This document shows positions 22,447 to 33,401 of a stretch of 64,000 nucleotides of DNA, one piece after another. Source of the stretch: Candidatus Binatus sp. (lineage in GTDB: Bacteria; Desulfobacterota; Binatia; Binatales; Binataceae). Position 1 is the stretch's first letter. Every line of letters begins with the position of its first letter. Location: NCBI RefSeq assembly GCF_036567905.1, contig NZ_DATCTO010000012.1:55347-119346 (forward strand). Direction: 5' to 3'. The notes beneath the pieces are model-generated. The model ran no database searches and was not told the origin of the DNA. It was given only the letters and a program-made list of their open reading frames with translations. A program made the position numbers and the translations under genes.

Positions 22447-24003
22447 ATGTCCTGGGAAAAGGAAGTCGAAGAAATCCGCCGCCGCGTCGAGATCGCCAAA
22501 GGGATGGGCGGACCCGACAACGTCAAGCGCCAGCACGACGGCGGCAAGCTCACGGTGCGCGAGCGGATCGAAAGGCTGCTCGACGCGGGAACCTTTCACG
22601 AGTATGGAGCGCTGGCCGGCGCGCCGAAATACGAGGGGCAGACGCTCGCGTCGATCATGCCGGCGAACTTCGTCGGCGGCACCGGGCGAATCAACGGACG
22701 GCGGGTGGTGGTCGGCGGCGACGACTTCACGGTGCGCGGCGGTGCGGCGGACGCGTCGATCGGCAATAAGCAGGGCTACGCGGAACTGCTCGCGCATGAA
22801 CTGCATCTGCCGATCGTGCGGCTGGTGGACGGAACCGGCGGCGGCGGCAGCGTGCGCTCGCTCGACACGATGAAACGGACCTACATCCCGGCCAATCCCG
22901 CGTTCGACGTGCTGGTGAAATTGATGGGCGAGGTGCCCGTGGTCGCGGGATGCATGGGCTCGGTGGCGGGGCTTGGCGCTGCGCGCGTGGCGGCGTCGCA
23001 TTTCTCGGTGATGGTTCGCGGGTCGAGCCAGTTGTTTATAGCGGGCCCTCCAGTGGTCAAATGGGGCGTGGGCGAGGAGCTGACCAAGGAAGAACTCGGC
23101 GGCTCCGAAATCCACGCGCACATCAGCGGCGCGGTGGACAACGAGGCCGAGAGCGAGGACGACGCGTTCGCGCAGATTCGGCGCTTCCTGTCGTACTTGC
23201 CGCAAAGCGTGTGGAATGTGCCGCCGCGGGTGACGCCCGACGACGACCCCGCCCGGCGCGAGGATGAATTGATCGGCATCGTGCCGCGCAATCGGCGCCA
23301 CGGTTACGACGTGCGGCGAATCCTGGAACTGGTGATGGACCGGGAGTCCTGTTTCGAGATGACGCCGTTCTTCGGGCCGTCGCTGGTTACGGGATTTGCG
23401 CGGCTCGACGGATTCCCGGTCGGGGTGATGGCGAGCGATCCGTTCTCGATTGGCGGATCGCTGGACGGACCGGCGTCGGACAAGATGGTCAAGTTCCTCG
23501 ATCTTTGCGACACGTTTCACCTGCCGGTGGTGAACTTCGTCGATCAGCCGGGATTCCTGATCGGACGCGAGGCCGAGATGGCGGGAACGATTCGGCGCGG
23601 GGTGCGCGCGCTGTATGCGCTGTTCCAGACGACGACGCCGCTGGTTGCGATCATCGTGCGCAAGGCGTTCGGAGTGGCGGGCGCGGGCCATGGGATCACG
23701 ACCGGGCTGAATCTGCGCTACGCGTGGCCGTCGGCGGATTGGGGCTCGCTGCCGATCGAGGGAGGGATCGAAGCGGCATACAAGCGGGACCTGGCGGCGT
23801 CGAGCGACCCCGAAAAATTGCGAAAAGAGTTAGAGGAGAAATTCAACGCCGTGCGCTCGCCGATTCGCACCGCGGAAGCGTTTGGAATCGAGGAAATAAT
23901 CGATCCGCGCGATACGCGGCCGATCCTCGTCGACTGGGTGCATCAGGCGTACGAGATAGTTCCCACGCTGCTGGGAATCAGAACGCGGACGATGCGCCCG
24001 TAA
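22447..24003 (+). CDS. Acyl-CoA carboxylase, carboxyltransferase subunit
   Basis: GKLTVRERIERLLD, GGDDFTVRGGA, AGPPVV, VDQPGF, EEIIDPRDTR. Confidence 0.9.
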   Translation: MSWEKEVEEIRRRVEIAKGMGGPDNVKRQHDGGKLTVRERIERLLDAGTFHEYGALAGAPKYEGQTLASIMPANFVGGTGRINGRRVVVGGDDFTVRGGAADASIGNKQGYAELLAHELHLPIVRLVDGTGGGGSVRSLDTMKRTYIPANPAFDVLVKLMGEVPVVAGCMGSVAGLGAARVAASHFSVMVRGSSQLFIAGPPVVKWGVGEELTKEELGGSEIHAHISGAVDNEAESEDDAFAQIRRFLSYLPQSVWNVPPRVTPDDDPARREDELIGIVPRNRRHGYDVRRILELVMDRESCFEMTPFFGPSLVTGFARLDGFPVGVMASDPFSIGGSLDGPASDKMVKFLDLCDTFHLPVVNFVDQPGFLIGREAEMAGTIRRGVRALYALFQTTTPLVAIIVRKAFGVAGAGHGITTGLNLRYAWPSADWGSLPIEGGIEAAYKRDLAASSDPEKLRKELEEKFNAVRSPIRTAEAFGIEEIIDPRDTRPILVDWVHQAYEIVPTLLGIRTRTMRP

Positions 24004-24012
24004 GCAGGGAAA

Positions 24013-25374
24013 TCAGCCGCCGGCGCCTGCGGGATCGGCCGCCGGGGCGGGTTGAGCTTGCTTTTCAACCGCCGAATGGCCGCGAGTGAACGACATCGCG
24101 ATGATGTAGATTATCATTCCGCCCAGCGCGACTTTGACCCACTCACCCCATCCGTAATGGACCGCGACGTAGAGAGACAACGGCGCTGAGATCGCGACCC
24201 ATCCGCGCGCAATCAGCCCGAAGAAGGCCCATCCGGTCGCTTGCAGAGCGGGGGAGACGTCCTCGAGCGCCTCGGAGAACTGGGCCGCCCACGGCACGTA
24301 GCCGATCGCCAGGAAGCATCCCATCAGCGACGCGACCATCGCCATCGTGGCGTGTGGCAGCGCGTGACCGAAGGTTGGAATCCACCAGGCCATCAGAATC
24401 GAGGCGAGCACCGCGCCGAAGATCGCGATCGGTTTGCGGGTTTGCAGGCGATCGGAGACTATCCCCGTCAGCACCAGGGCGGCGAGGTTCGCCAGCCAGA
24501 AGTATCCATTCATCTTCGCCGCTTCGGCCGGCGTGTAATGAAACGCCTCGGTGAACATCAACGGCCCGAAGCCCTGGATCGCAAAATACAGCGTCAGGTT
24601 CGCGCTTACCCCGATGACGAGCAGCCAGACCTCGAAATGACCGAGCAGGCGCCTGAAGGCGTCGCGGGTGCCGGAAGGAAGTTCGGAGGCCGACGGCAGG
24701 CGTCCCTCGGCGGCGAGCGCCTGGATTTCAGTCTTCATAATCTGCATGCGCAGTTCGGGGCTCAGATCGCATAGCCACAGCACAATCGGGACGTACATCG
24801 CGACCGCGAAGAATCCCATTATCCAAATCTGCGATTGCCAGGTGTGATAAATCGGCAGCGTCGTTCCCGCTACGTAGTTGGCGAGGAAGGCGGCGCCGAC
24901 CGGACCGATCGTCAGCAGTCCGAAGGCCAGCGCACGGCTGAGCCGCGGCGACATATCCCGCACCAGCGCCGCCAGGGCGCCGGCCGTCAGACCGGCCACG
25001 ATTCCCATCGAGGTGCGCAGAATCACAAATGAGACGATGCCCGTGATCAACACGTTCAGGAACAACAGGCCGGTGACCAGGCCAAGACATATGTCGATGA
25101 TGAGGACGCGGCCGTAGCGGTCTGCCAGCGGACCGCCGAAAAACGCGGAGATTCCGGAAATCAGCACGGCAAACGTTATGAATGCGCCGTACGCGACGTG
25201 GCTCAGATGCAGGTATGGGAGCAGGATTGGCAGCAAGGGAGCCAGCTGGAAGTCGTATGCGCCCAGAATCGAGGCGAGCACCGTCAGGATCAGCAGGGAC
25301 CACCGATGGGCGCCGCGCGGATATTCAGTGAGCGTTCGACTCGCCACGAAACCGTTCATGCCGTCTCTCCCCAT
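24013..25374 (-). CDS. MFS transporter
   Basis: About 12 hydrophobic segments, motif A GPLADRYGR and repeat GIVSDRLQTRK. Confidence 0.88.
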   Translation of the reverse strand: MGRDGMNGFVASRTLTEYPRGAHRWSLLILTVLASILGAYDFQLAPLLPILLPYLHLSHVAYGAFITFAVLISGISAFFGGPLADRYGRVLIIDICLGLVTGLLFLNVLITGIVSFVILRTSMGIVAGLTAGALAALVRDMSPRLSRALAFGLLTIGPVGAAFLANYVAGTTLPIYHTWQSQIWIMGFFAVAMYVPIVLWLCDLSPELRMQIMKTEIQALAAEGRLPSASELPSGTRDAFRRLLGHFEVWLLVIGVSANLTLYFAIQGFGPLMFTEAFHYTPAEAAKMNGYFWLANLAALVLTGIVSDRLQTRKPIAIFGAVLASILMAWWIPTFGHALPHATMAMVASLMGCFLAIGYVPWAAQFSEALEDVSPALQATGWAFFGLIARGWVAISAPLSLYVAVHYGWGEWVKVALGGMIIYIIAMSFTRGHSAVEKQAQPAPAADPAGAGG

Positions 25375-25515
25375 AAGCCCGACGAACGTTGACCTAGTTT
25401 CTCTACAACCAGACGACCCGAAAATACAAGGCGCATCCCTTCGAGCACTGGTGCGCGCGCGTCGTGCCTGCTAAAGGGCTGGAAGCCGAACAGCCTGGAA
25501 AAGGACCGCTGAGCG

Positions 25516-25728
25516 ATGGATATAAAGAGCCCCGCCGTGGGCAAGGTGCTGAGACTCTCGGTCGAGAGCGGGGCGCAAGTCGCGCGTGGCGACGAAGTGA
25601 TGGTGATCGAATCGATGAAGGTCGAGATACCGGTCAAGGCCCCGGCCAATGGGCGCATCATGGAGTTTCGGGTCAAGCCCGGCGATCAGATTCAGCGCAA
25701 TTTCGTTCTCGCCGTGATCGAAGCGTGA
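25516..25728 (+). CDS. Stand-alone biotin/lipoyl attachment domain protein
   Basis: IESMKVEIPVKAPANG biotinylation motif in a 70-aa protein. Confidence 0.85.
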   Translation: MDIKSPAVGKVLRLSVESGAQVARGDEVMVIESMKVEIPVKAPANGRIMEFRVKPGDQIQRNFVLAVIEA

Positions 25729-25888
25729 GGTGCAGGGCCAAGTGCTGCCTGTCATGGGCGAAGGAATACTCAGATAGACCGGCGCAATACTAAATAGGTA
25801 ATCGACTAAATACTCATTATATAGTTGGTTCGTATATACTGTGAGAGTAGAGTGACTACTGGACGCAGGCCGAAGGGGGGTCTTCGCT

Positions 25889-28800
25889 TTGTCCAGACGT
25901 TTTTCGCCGTGGCTTCTCGCCGTCGCGGGGGGCCTGCTGCTCGCATCCGGTCTCGGGGTAATTCTGTCTCTGCCGCAGAGCGCAACGCCGCTATCGGCAC
26001 GCGCTAATCGCAACGCGTCCGGATCAATGCACGCGCGCGACCGGGTGGCGCGCGAGGCATTCTTTCTCAGCCGGCGTGGACTGAGCTTTGGAGTGCCGCC
26101 GGGCGCGTATGGCGTGGCGATCGGCCAGATGCGCCGGCAGGAGCGCAAAGCAGTCGCAAGCGCCACGCTGGACGCGACGGACTCGACGCAAGCGGCTGCT
26201 TCTTTCGCGTGGAGCGCGCTTGGTCCGCTGCCATTGAATAACGAGGTTCCGGCCTTTGGCGGAATTTCATTGGGGGGCGCACTGACCGGCGCGACCGGAC
26301 GGGTTACCGCGCTGGTCGCAGACCCGACCGTGAGCGGACGGATGTTCGTCGGCACCGGCGACGGGGGAGTGTGGATGCGCGCCAATGCAAGCGCGGCATT
26401 CGTACCGATATTCGATCTCGAGCCCACGCTGTCGGTCGGCGCGCTCGCGCTCGACGCCAGCACCAGTCCAAATCCAACGCTGTACGTTGGCAGTGGAGAA
26501 GGCAACGGCTCGGCCGATTCATACTATGGCGAGGGAGTGTTCGTCTCGAGCGATCTCGGCAATACTTGGGCGCAACTCGGCGCAAGCAACTTCGCGCACG
26601 CGTCGATCGCCTCAATCGCGGTCGATACCACGCGGACGCCGCGAACAATCTATGCGGCAGTAACCTACGGCTCGAGCGCGAACCGGGCGGACGCGTCGTG
26701 GGTCGAGGGCGATTTCAGTCAAAACGGCCTATGGCGTTCAGCCGACGGCGGCGAGTCCTGGATTCCTTATCCCGCGGGGACCTTCGGCGCATGTCCGTAC
26801 TTCACCAGCGATCCATGTCCGGCAGAGTCCGTGGTGATCGATCCCGCGTCACCGACCGCCGTTCTGGTATCGATCCTCGGAGTCGGGGTGTTCCGCTCGT
26901 CGAATTCCGGATTCAGCTGGACTCCGGCCCGCCTGCCCAACTTGAGCGGCGGCGTCGGCCGGGCGAGCGTCGCCGCCGCCGATGGCGTTGCGTATGCGAT
27001 GATCGGCGCGGCTGACGGTATCGAGTTCGCGGGATTCTACAAATCCGCCAACGACGGAGTCAGCTGGACCAAGGCGTCGGTGCCGAGCGCGACGGTCGGC
27101 GCCGCGACTATCGACGGGTCCAACTCGAGCAACTTTTCCGAGTCGTTCTTCGACCAGGCGCTGGCGATCGATCCCGCCGACACGACCGGCGCAACTATCG
27201 TGTTCGGCGGCGTCGGAATCTACCGCTCGATCAACGCCGGGAGCAATTGGACTTCGCTCGCGCCGAGCGGCGGAACGCATTCGGATCAACACGCGATCGC
27301 GTTCGATCCCGCAAGCGCGCACAGCTTCTATCTCGGCAACGACGGCGGGCTTTATCGCTTCGACGCCGGCACTCTGAACTGGGCCGCCCTCAACGCGAGT
27401 ATCAGCGCCGCGCAAGCGGACTCGGTCGGTCCTCATCCAACGAACAGCGCAGTGGCGATTGCGGGATTTCAGGACAACGGCACCGCGCGCTTCGCGGCGG
27501 CGCAGCCGCCGGCGTCGAGCTGGACGGAGGTGGATAATCTCGACGGCGGACTGGCGCTCTTCGACACGGTCAACCCGCTGTTTGCCTATCATACGTTCGC
27601 GACCACCTCGGTCGGACCATGGGTTTCGCGCTCGACCGATGGCGGAGTCACTTTCAATTCTGCCGCTTCGAGCGCGGCACTGCAGACTGCGATGGCGACG
27701 GCGGGCGACGGCGGCGCCGCCTACTATCCGCCGCTGGCGAGCGATCCGGCCGTGGCCGAGCGCGTATTGTTCGGCGCGCATTCGGTGTACGTGTCGAATG
27801 ACGCGATGGCGACATGGGCGCGGCAAACGACTCAGGATTTGACCGGCGGATGCAACAGCGGCGCGTGCGCGCTCGAGGATCTCGAGATCGCGCCTTCCGA
27901 CCATACCAAGGCGTACGCGCTCTCGATGGAGACCAGCACGACCTTTCGTCCCACGCCGTTCAAAATCTTCACCACCGACCAGGCCGACCTCCAGGTCAGC
28001 GCGGGCCAGCCCGAAGGCGCGCAATGGACCGACAAGACCTCGCAACTGCCGCCAATCGTGTTCCCGACTTCCACGCAGGCGACCGGAATTGCGGTTGACC
28101 CGTTCGATTACAGCGTCGCCTACCTGAGCCTTTCGGGGTTCACCTCGGCTACCGGCATCGGTCACATTTTCGTGACGACTGACTTCGGCGGTTCATGGAC
28201 GCAGGCCGACGGCAATCCGAACCTCCAGAGTCCGCCGCCCGCCAACGCGCTGCCCGACGTTCCGGTGTTGCGATTGCTGGTCGATCGCAATGACCCCACG
28301 GCGAACACCGTGCTGGCCGCGACCGACATTGGTATTTTCAGAACGACCGACGCAGGAGCGACTTGGGCGCCGTTCAACCTCGGGGTGATTCCTGCAGTCG
28401 CAGTTTTCGATATCGAGCAGAATTTGAGCGGCGTGGTCTTCGCCGCAACCCACGGGCGCGGGATATTTGAGCTCGCCGGCGAGGGATCGCCCGGCACGAC
28501 GCCGTCGCCAACGCCTGCCGCCACGCCTTCCGCAACCCCGACTCCGACAGCATCCGTGACGGCAACTTCGACGCGCACCGCGACCGCTACGCCGACCGCG
28601 TCGCCGACCGCATCCGCGACGCATACCGCGTCGCCGACCGCGTCGCCGACCGCATCCGCGACTGCGACGGCAACTTCGACGCATACCGCGACCGCCACCG
28701 GCACCGCGACGCCCACTGCAACAGCGACGTTCACGCCGACGCCGATGCCGACCGTAGCCGCGGCGCTGGCTGTCTCGCCAAGCTCCGCGACTTTTGCCGC

Positions 28801-29062
28801 GAAGATGGGCAAGAAGAGCAACGCAAAAAAAATAACCGCGCACAACGCCGGTAAAGTGTCGATACTGCTGATCGGTGCGCAGGTGACTGGCGATTTTGCG
28901 CTCTCGAAGCTCTGCGGCGGGGCGCTGAAGCCAAAAAAGAAATGCACCTATGCGGTGGTCTTCACTCCGACCGCAAAGGGATTGCGCGCTGGTCTCCTCA
29001 CGGTCAACAACAACGGCTCGAGCGGGCCGCGAACGGTGAACCTGTCAGGAACCGGGCAGTAG
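25889..29062 (+). CDS. Large secreted Asp-box (BNR) beta-propeller protein with Thr/Pro/Ala linker and C-terminal Ig-like (choice-of-anchor D/ASH-type) domain
   Basis: Signal peptide; repeated S/T-x-D/N-x-G-x-T/S-W boxes ([40 protein letters not shown]); TPTA linker; [10 protein letters not shown]...CTYAVVFTP...GLLTV...RTVNLSGTG. Confidence 0.8.
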   Translation: MSRRFSPWLLAVAGGLLLASGLGVILSLPQSATPLSARANRNASGSMHARDRVAREAFFLSRRGLSFGVPPGAYGVAIGQMRRQERKAVASATLDATDSTQAAASFAWSALGPLPLNNEVPAFGGISLGGALTGATGRVTALVADPTVSGRMFVGTGDGGVWMRANASAAFVPIFDLEPTLSVGALALDASTSPNPTLYVGSGEGNGSADSYYGEGVFVSSDLGNTWAQLGASNFAHASIASIAVDTTRTPRTIYAAVTYGSSANRADASWVEGDFSQNGLWRSADGGESWIPYPAGTFGACPYFTSDPCPAESVVIDPASPTAVLVSILGVGVFRSSNSGFSWTPARLPNLSGGVGRASVAAADGVAYAMIGAADGIEFAGFYKSANDGVSWTKASVPSATVGAATIDGSNSSNFSESFFDQALAIDPADTTGATIVFGGVGIYRSINAGSNWTSLAPSGGTHSDQHAIAFDPASAHSFYLGNDGGLYRFDAGTLNWAALNASISAAQADSVGPHPTNSAVAIAGFQDNGTARFAAAQPPASSWTEVDNLDGGLALFDTVNPLFAYHTFATTSVGPWVSRSTDGGVTFNSAASSAALQTAMATAGDGGAAYYPPLASDPAVAERVLFGAHSVYVSNDAMATWARQTTQDLTGGCNSGACALEDLEIAPSDHTKAYALSMETSTTFRPTPFKIFTTDQADLQVSAGQPEGAQWTDKTSQLPPIVFPTSTQATGIAVDPFDYSVAYLSLSGFTSATGIGHIFVTTDFGGSWTQADGNPNLQSPPPANALPDVPVLRLLVDRNDPTANTVLAATDIGIFRTTDAGATWAPFNLGVIPAVAVFDIEQNLSGVVFAATHGRGIFELAGEGSPGTTPSPTPAATPSATPTPTASVTATSTRTATATPTASPTASATHTASPTASPTASATATATSTHTATATGTATPTATATFTPTPMPTVAAALAVSPSSATFAAKMGKKSNAKKITAHNAGKVSILLIGAQVTGDFALSKLCGGALKPKKKCTYAVVFTPTAKGLRAGLLTVNNNGSSGPRTVNLSGTGQ
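28495..28755 (+). repeat. Low-complexity coding repeats (TASP/TAT linker)
   Basis: Repeated ACCGCGTCGCCGACCGCATCCGCGAC units encoding the Thr/Ala/Ser/Pro linker. Confidence 0.8.
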
Positions 29063-29174
29063 CCGCGCGTGCACTCCTTGCTCGAAACAATTCCACTGCT
29101 TTCCATTCCCAAAAGAAGAAGGGCGACCCGCCGCCGGGCCGCCCTTGTTCGATTACCGCTCGGTTGGAAAGCGG

Positions 29175-30380
29175 CTAGCCCTTGGGCAATCCGAGCACGC
29201 GCTCGCCGATGATGTTGTGCTGGATTTCGCTGGTGCCGCCGGCGATCGTCAGCGCCCGCGATGCCAGCATCCGATACGACCACCTGCCTTTGTCCATCGC
29301 ATACGGCGCGTTGAATTCCATCTGGCTGTACGGCCCCAGTATCTCCATCGCGAAATTGTTGATGCGCACGTTAAGTTCGCTGTTGCACAGCTTGAGCAGC
29401 GAGCCCTCGGGCCCCGGCGGCAGACCCTTGAGCCGGCGCGTCAGTTGCCGAAAGCCGGTGTAGCGCAGCGCGGCCGCCTCGCACGCGAAACCGCTCAGCC
29501 GCTGGCGCACGCTGGTATCTTCCCACGCCGTGTGTCCGTTGCTGCGGATCGTCTTGGCCAGCTCGACCAGCTCCTTGACCTGGGCCATCAGGTCGCGGCC
29601 GCCGCCGATTCCCGACCGTTCGAACATCAGCGTGGTGATTGCGACCTGCCATCCCTGGTTTTTCTCGCCGATAAGATTCTTCTTCGGCACCTTCACGTCC
29701 TCGAAGAAGACTTCGTTGAAATTCGCGTCGCCCGTGATCTGCACCAGCGGGCGCACGACCACGCCGGGACTGTGCATGTCAACCAGGATGTAGCTGATCC
29801 CCTTATGCTTGGGCGCGTCGGGATCGGTGCGGACCAGCAGGAGACACATGTCCGCGTGATGCGCGTCGGAGGTCCAGACCTTCTGGCCGTTGACGATAAA
29901 GTAGTCGCCTTCCTCGATGGCGCGCGTCTTCAGGCTGGCCACGTCGGAGCCGGCGTCGGGCTCGGAATATCCCTGGCACCAGAGCTCGTCGGCCGAAAGA
30001 ATTTTCGGAACGTGGCGCTGCTTCTGCTCCTCGGTGCCCCAATGAATGATCGTCGGACCGGCCAGCATGATGCCCAGTCCGTTGACCAGCACCGGCGAGT
30101 CAACTTTCGCGAGCTCCTCGTTGTAAATGATTTGCTGGGTGAGCGTCGCGCCGCGTCCGCCGTACTCCTTGGGCCAGCTGATTCCGACCCATCCGCCGGC
30201 GTGCATCTTCTTGTGCCACTCGACCCGTCGCTTCCAGTCGTCCGGGCTGTCTTCGCGGGTTTCTTCGCGCATGGAGTCGCCGCCGTCTCCGGCCTTGGCC
30301 GCCTTGGGCAGGTTGGCATGGAGCCAGCTGCGAAACTCCTGGCGAAACGCCTCGTCTTCGGCGCTGAAATTGAAATCCAT
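29175..30380 (-). CDS. Acyl-CoA dehydrogenase
   Basis: MDFNFSAEDEAFR, WCQGYSEPDAGSD, NGQKVWTS, FNEVFFEDV, TIAGGTSEIQHNIIGERVLGLP. Confidence 0.93.
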   Translation of the reverse strand: MDFNFSAEDEAFRQEFRSWLHANLPKAAKAGDGGDSMREETREDSPDDWKRRVEWHKKMHAGGWVGISWPKEYGGRGATLTQQIIYNEELAKVDSPVLVNGLGIMLAGPTIIHWGTEEQKQRHVPKILSADELWCQGYSEPDAGSDVASLKTRAIEEGDYFIVNGQKVWTSDAHHADMCLLLVRTDPDAPKHKGISYILVDMHSPGVVVRPLVQITGDANFNEVFFEDVKVPKKNLIGEKNQGWQVAITTLMFERSGIGGGRDLMAQVKELVELAKTIRSNGHTAWEDTSVRQRLSGFACEAAALRYTGFRQLTRRLKGLPPGPEGSLLKLCNSELNVRINNFAMEILGPYSQMEFNAPYAMDKGRWSYRMLASRALTIAGGTSEIQHNIIGERVLGLPKG

Positions 30381-30567
30381 TGGTGCCTCCGATGGGGACC
30401 GCGCGATGCGCGCCTGGCCGCGTCCACGACGAGCGTCAGCCGGCGGCTGCGATCCCCAACACTTGTCATATAGAACAGCCGGAGCCGCCCATTCAAGCAG
30501 ATTTTCGCATCCGGCTCGCGCGGCCGAGCCGTGAACATAAAGCCGGTCGGCGCGGTCGTTCTTTTTT

Positions 30568-30641
30568 TGTGTCATTCTAAGCGAAAGCTGCGGTAGCGAA
30601 GAATTCCGGATCCGGGATTCTTTACTGCGTTCAGAACGACA
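30568..30641. repeat. REP-like element (TGTCATTCT...GCGAAGAAT family)
   Basis: GCGAAAGCTGCGGTAGCGAAGAAT matches the reverse complement of 56579-56603; TGTGTCATTCT is shared with 56635 and 62567. Confidence 0.7.
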
Positions 30642-30685
30642 GATGGAAAGAGGCGCCTCAGTTATTCGTCTGCGGAGCGTCACGC

Positions 30686-31552
30686 ATGGAAATCGGATGG
30701 ATCGGAACCGGAATAATGGGCGCGCCGATGGCGCGACGATTGATCGGCGCGGGCAATCGCGTCCGCGTCTTCAATCGCTCAGCCGACAAGGCGCGAGCGC
30801 TCGCCCCTGACGGCGCGATCGTCGCCGCGGACGCGCCTGCGTGCGTCGCGGGCGCGGAAGCGGTGTTCATCATGGTGCCCGACACGCCCGACGTAGAGGC
30901 GACGGTCGCGAAGATCGAACCCGCGCTGGCCGCCGGGCAACTGGTCGTCGATATGAGCACTATTTCGCCGATGGCGGAGCGCGCGATCGCGTCGCGGCTG
31001 AAGCGGGCCGGCGTCGATTACCTGGATGCGCCGGTGTCGGGCGGCGACGTCGGCGCCCGCGACGGCACGCTCGCGATCATGGTTGGCGGGGAAGCGCTGG
31101 CGTTCGGGCGTGCCCGTGGGCTGTTCGAGCTGCTTGGGCGGCGGGTAACGCACATGGGCGCGTCGGGCGCGGGCCAGATGACCAAGCTTGCCAATCAAAT
31201 CGCGGTCGCGCTCGCGCTGGAGGCGGCGGCCGAGGCGATCAAGTTCGGGCAAGCGGGCGGTCTGGATGCGTCGCGGGTGGTCGAGGCGATAGGCGCGGGC
31301 GCGGCCGGGTCGTGGCAGTTGTCGAATCTCGGTCCCAAAATAATCGCCGGCGATTATCGGCCCGGGTTCTTTATCAAGCTGATTCGCAAGGACCTGCGCC
31401 TGGTGGTCGAGGCGGCGCGCGAATCGGGCCTGGCGCTGCCCGGACTTTCGCTGATGGCCTCGATGTTCAACGCGGCCGCCGCGCTCGGCCACGATCTCGA
31501 CGGCACGCAGGCGGTCGCGGCGGCGCTCGACAGATTGGCGGACGTGAAGTAG
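30686..31552 (+). CDS. NAD(P)-dependent beta-hydroxyacid dehydrogenase (3-hydroxyisobutyrate/tartronate-semialdehyde reductase family)
   Basis: IGTGIMGAPMA, VDMSTISP, LDAPVSGG, GQMTKLANQ. Confidence 0.9.
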   Translation: MEIGWIGTGIMGAPMARRLIGAGNRVRVFNRSADKARALAPDGAIVAADAPACVAGAEAVFIMVPDTPDVEATVAKIEPALAAGQLVVDMSTISPMAERAIASRLKRAGVDYLDAPVSGGDVGARDGTLAIMVGGEALAFGRARGLFELLGRRVTHMGASGAGQMTKLANQIAVALALEAAAEAIKFGQAGGLDASRVVEAIGAGAAGSWQLSNLGPKIIAGDYRPGFFIKLIRKDLRLVVEAARESGLALPGLSLMASMFNAAAALGHDLDGTQAVAAALDRLADVK

Positions 31553-31588
31553 TACCAGAGTCGAACCTGGATTTTTGGAGGCCAAAAA

Positions 31589-32398
31589 ATGGCAGACCAT
31601 CTGCTCACGGAACTGAAAGACCGCGTCCTTTACCTCACGATGAATCGGCCCGACAAGCTCAACGCCCTGAGCGCCGAGATGATGGGCGGGCTGGTGGACA
31701 ACCTGAGGCGCGCCGCGACCAATCGCGAGATAGGCGCCGTCGTGCTGACCGGCGCCGGGCGCGGATTCTGCTCCGGCGGAGATATCGGCGGGATGCGCGA
31801 ACGCAACGAGGGCGCCGGCGCAGCGGGCGCGGCGCAGACGATAGAGGATCTGGTGGCGGGACTGCGGCGCGGCGAAGAAGCGTCGCAGATGCTGCACGAG
31901 ATGGCGAAGGTGACGATCGCAGCGGTCAACGGACCGGCGGCCGGCGCGGGACTGAGCCTGGCGATGGCGTGCGACATCAGGATCGCGTCCGACACGGCGC
32001 GTTTCGCCACGGCGTTCGCCAAGGTCGGTTTCTCGGGTGATTACGGCGGCACCTGGTCGCTGACGCAATTGGTCGGGTCGGCCAAGGCGCGCGAATTATA
32101 TTTTCTGGCCGACGTGATCGGCGCCGACGAGGCATTGCGAATCGGATTGGCAAATCGCGTGGTGCCGTCGGCGTCGTACCGCGACGAGGTGCATGCGATA
32201 GCGTCGAGGATCGCCAACGGTCCGTCGATTGCCTATTCATATATGAAGGCGAATCTCAACGCGGCGATCAATCACGAGTTCAACGAGCTGCTCGATCGCG
32301 AGGCGTGGGGGCAAATTATGACCGGCCTGACCCAGGACCATCGCGAGGCCGTCAAAGCGTTTCTCGAGAAGCGCCCGCCGACCTTCAAGGGCAGATAG
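31589..32398 (+). CDS. Enoyl-CoA hydratase/isomerase
   Basis: MNRPDKLNAL, GRGFCSGGD, AAVNGPAAGAG, AFLEKRPPTF. Confidence 0.92.
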   Translation: MADHLLTELKDRVLYLTMNRPDKLNALSAEMMGGLVDNLRRAATNREIGAVVLTGAGRGFCSGGDIGGMRERNEGAGAAGAAQTIEDLVAGLRRGEEASQMLHEMAKVTIAAVNGPAAGAGLSLAMACDIRIASDTARFATAFAKVGFSGDYGGTWSLTQLVGSAKARELYFLADVIGADEALRIGLANRVVPSASYRDEVHAIASRIANGPSIAYSYMKANLNAAINHEFNELLDREAWGQIMTGLTQDHREAVKAFLEKRPPTFKGR

Positions 32399-32530
32399 CG
32401 CTCTCGCCCCCTCTGCTTGTTCGAGGAGGAGAATCCTTGTAAGCGGACCCTCACCCGCGCCGGAGGCTCGGCCGTATGTCTGTGACACCTTCCTGTCAGA
32501 GAGAGGCTAATTACGGAGGTCATTTCCCCG

Positions 32531-33331
32531 ATGGACTTCAAGACGATCATCTACGATGCGCGCGACCACGTCGCGAAAATCACCATCAACCGCGCCGAGC
32601 GGATGAACGGGTACAACGAGACGATGGTCAAGGAAATGTGCGCGGCGATCGATCTCGCGCGCCAGGACGACGAGGTCCGCGTGTTGATCATCACGGGCAG
32701 CGGACGCGCGTTCTGCGCCGGCGGCGATATCAGCGGCGCGCCCGAGAGCCATTCGCGATTCCACGGGCATCCGATGGGCCACATGCTCGAGATGCGCGAA
32801 GGGTTCCATCAGCTGGTGCTGTCGTTGCATCGCTTCGACAAACCCGTGATCGCGGCGATTAACGGCGCGGCGGTGGCAGGCGGCCTGACGCTCGCGCTTT
32901 CGTGCGATTTCAGAATCGCGTCGGACCAGGCGCGGCTGGGGGACACCGCGCTCAAGTTCGCGCTGCTGTGCGACGAAGGCGGAGCGTACCTTTTCCCGCG
33001 CTTCATGGGACTGGATCGCGCACTCAAGATGACGCTGCTGTCTGAAGTTTACGACGCCAAGACGGCGCTCGAACTCGGGCTGGTTACCGAAGTGGTGCCG
33101 CACGCGGAACTGGAGGCGCGAGTGAACGATTTCGCGCGGCGGCTCGCGGAAGGACCGCCCTTGGCAATAAGATTGGCCAAACGCATGATGTACAAGCAGC
33201 GCGAGATGACGCTCGAGAATGCGCTCGAGGACGCCGCGCTCAACGTGATGATCACGAATCCGTCCGAGGACGTGCGCGAGGGCATCCGCGCCTTTCGCGA
33301 GAAGCGCAAGCCGAATTTCAAGGGCAAATGA
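32531..33331 (+). CDS. Enoyl-CoA hydratase/isomerase
   Basis: GRAFCAGGD, KPVIAAINGAAVAGG, AFREKRKPNFKG. Confidence 0.92.
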   Translation: MDFKTIIYDARDHVAKITINRAERMNGYNETMVKEMCAAIDLARQDDEVRVLIITGSGRAFCAGGDISGAPESHSRFHGHPMGHMLEMREGFHQLVLSLHRFDKPVIAAINGAAVAGGLTLALSCDFRIASDQARLGDTALKFALLCDEGGAYLFPRFMGLDRALKMTLLSEVYDAKTALELGLVTEVVPHAELEARVNDFARRLAEGPPLAIRLAKRMMYKQREMTLENALEDAALNVMITNPSEDVREGIRAFREKRKPNFKGK

Positions 33332-33401
33332 GTTCTCACTTTTTCACTGTTTAACTTTTCGCTCACTTCCAAGCCGCGCCGCCACAGGAGACCTCGTCCC
33401 C

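Noticed and set aside
25785-25860. AT-rich stretch with a CTAAATA direct repeat upstream of the large secreted protein
   Set aside because: Probably promoter or operator DNA, but no regulator can be assigned from the sequence alone.
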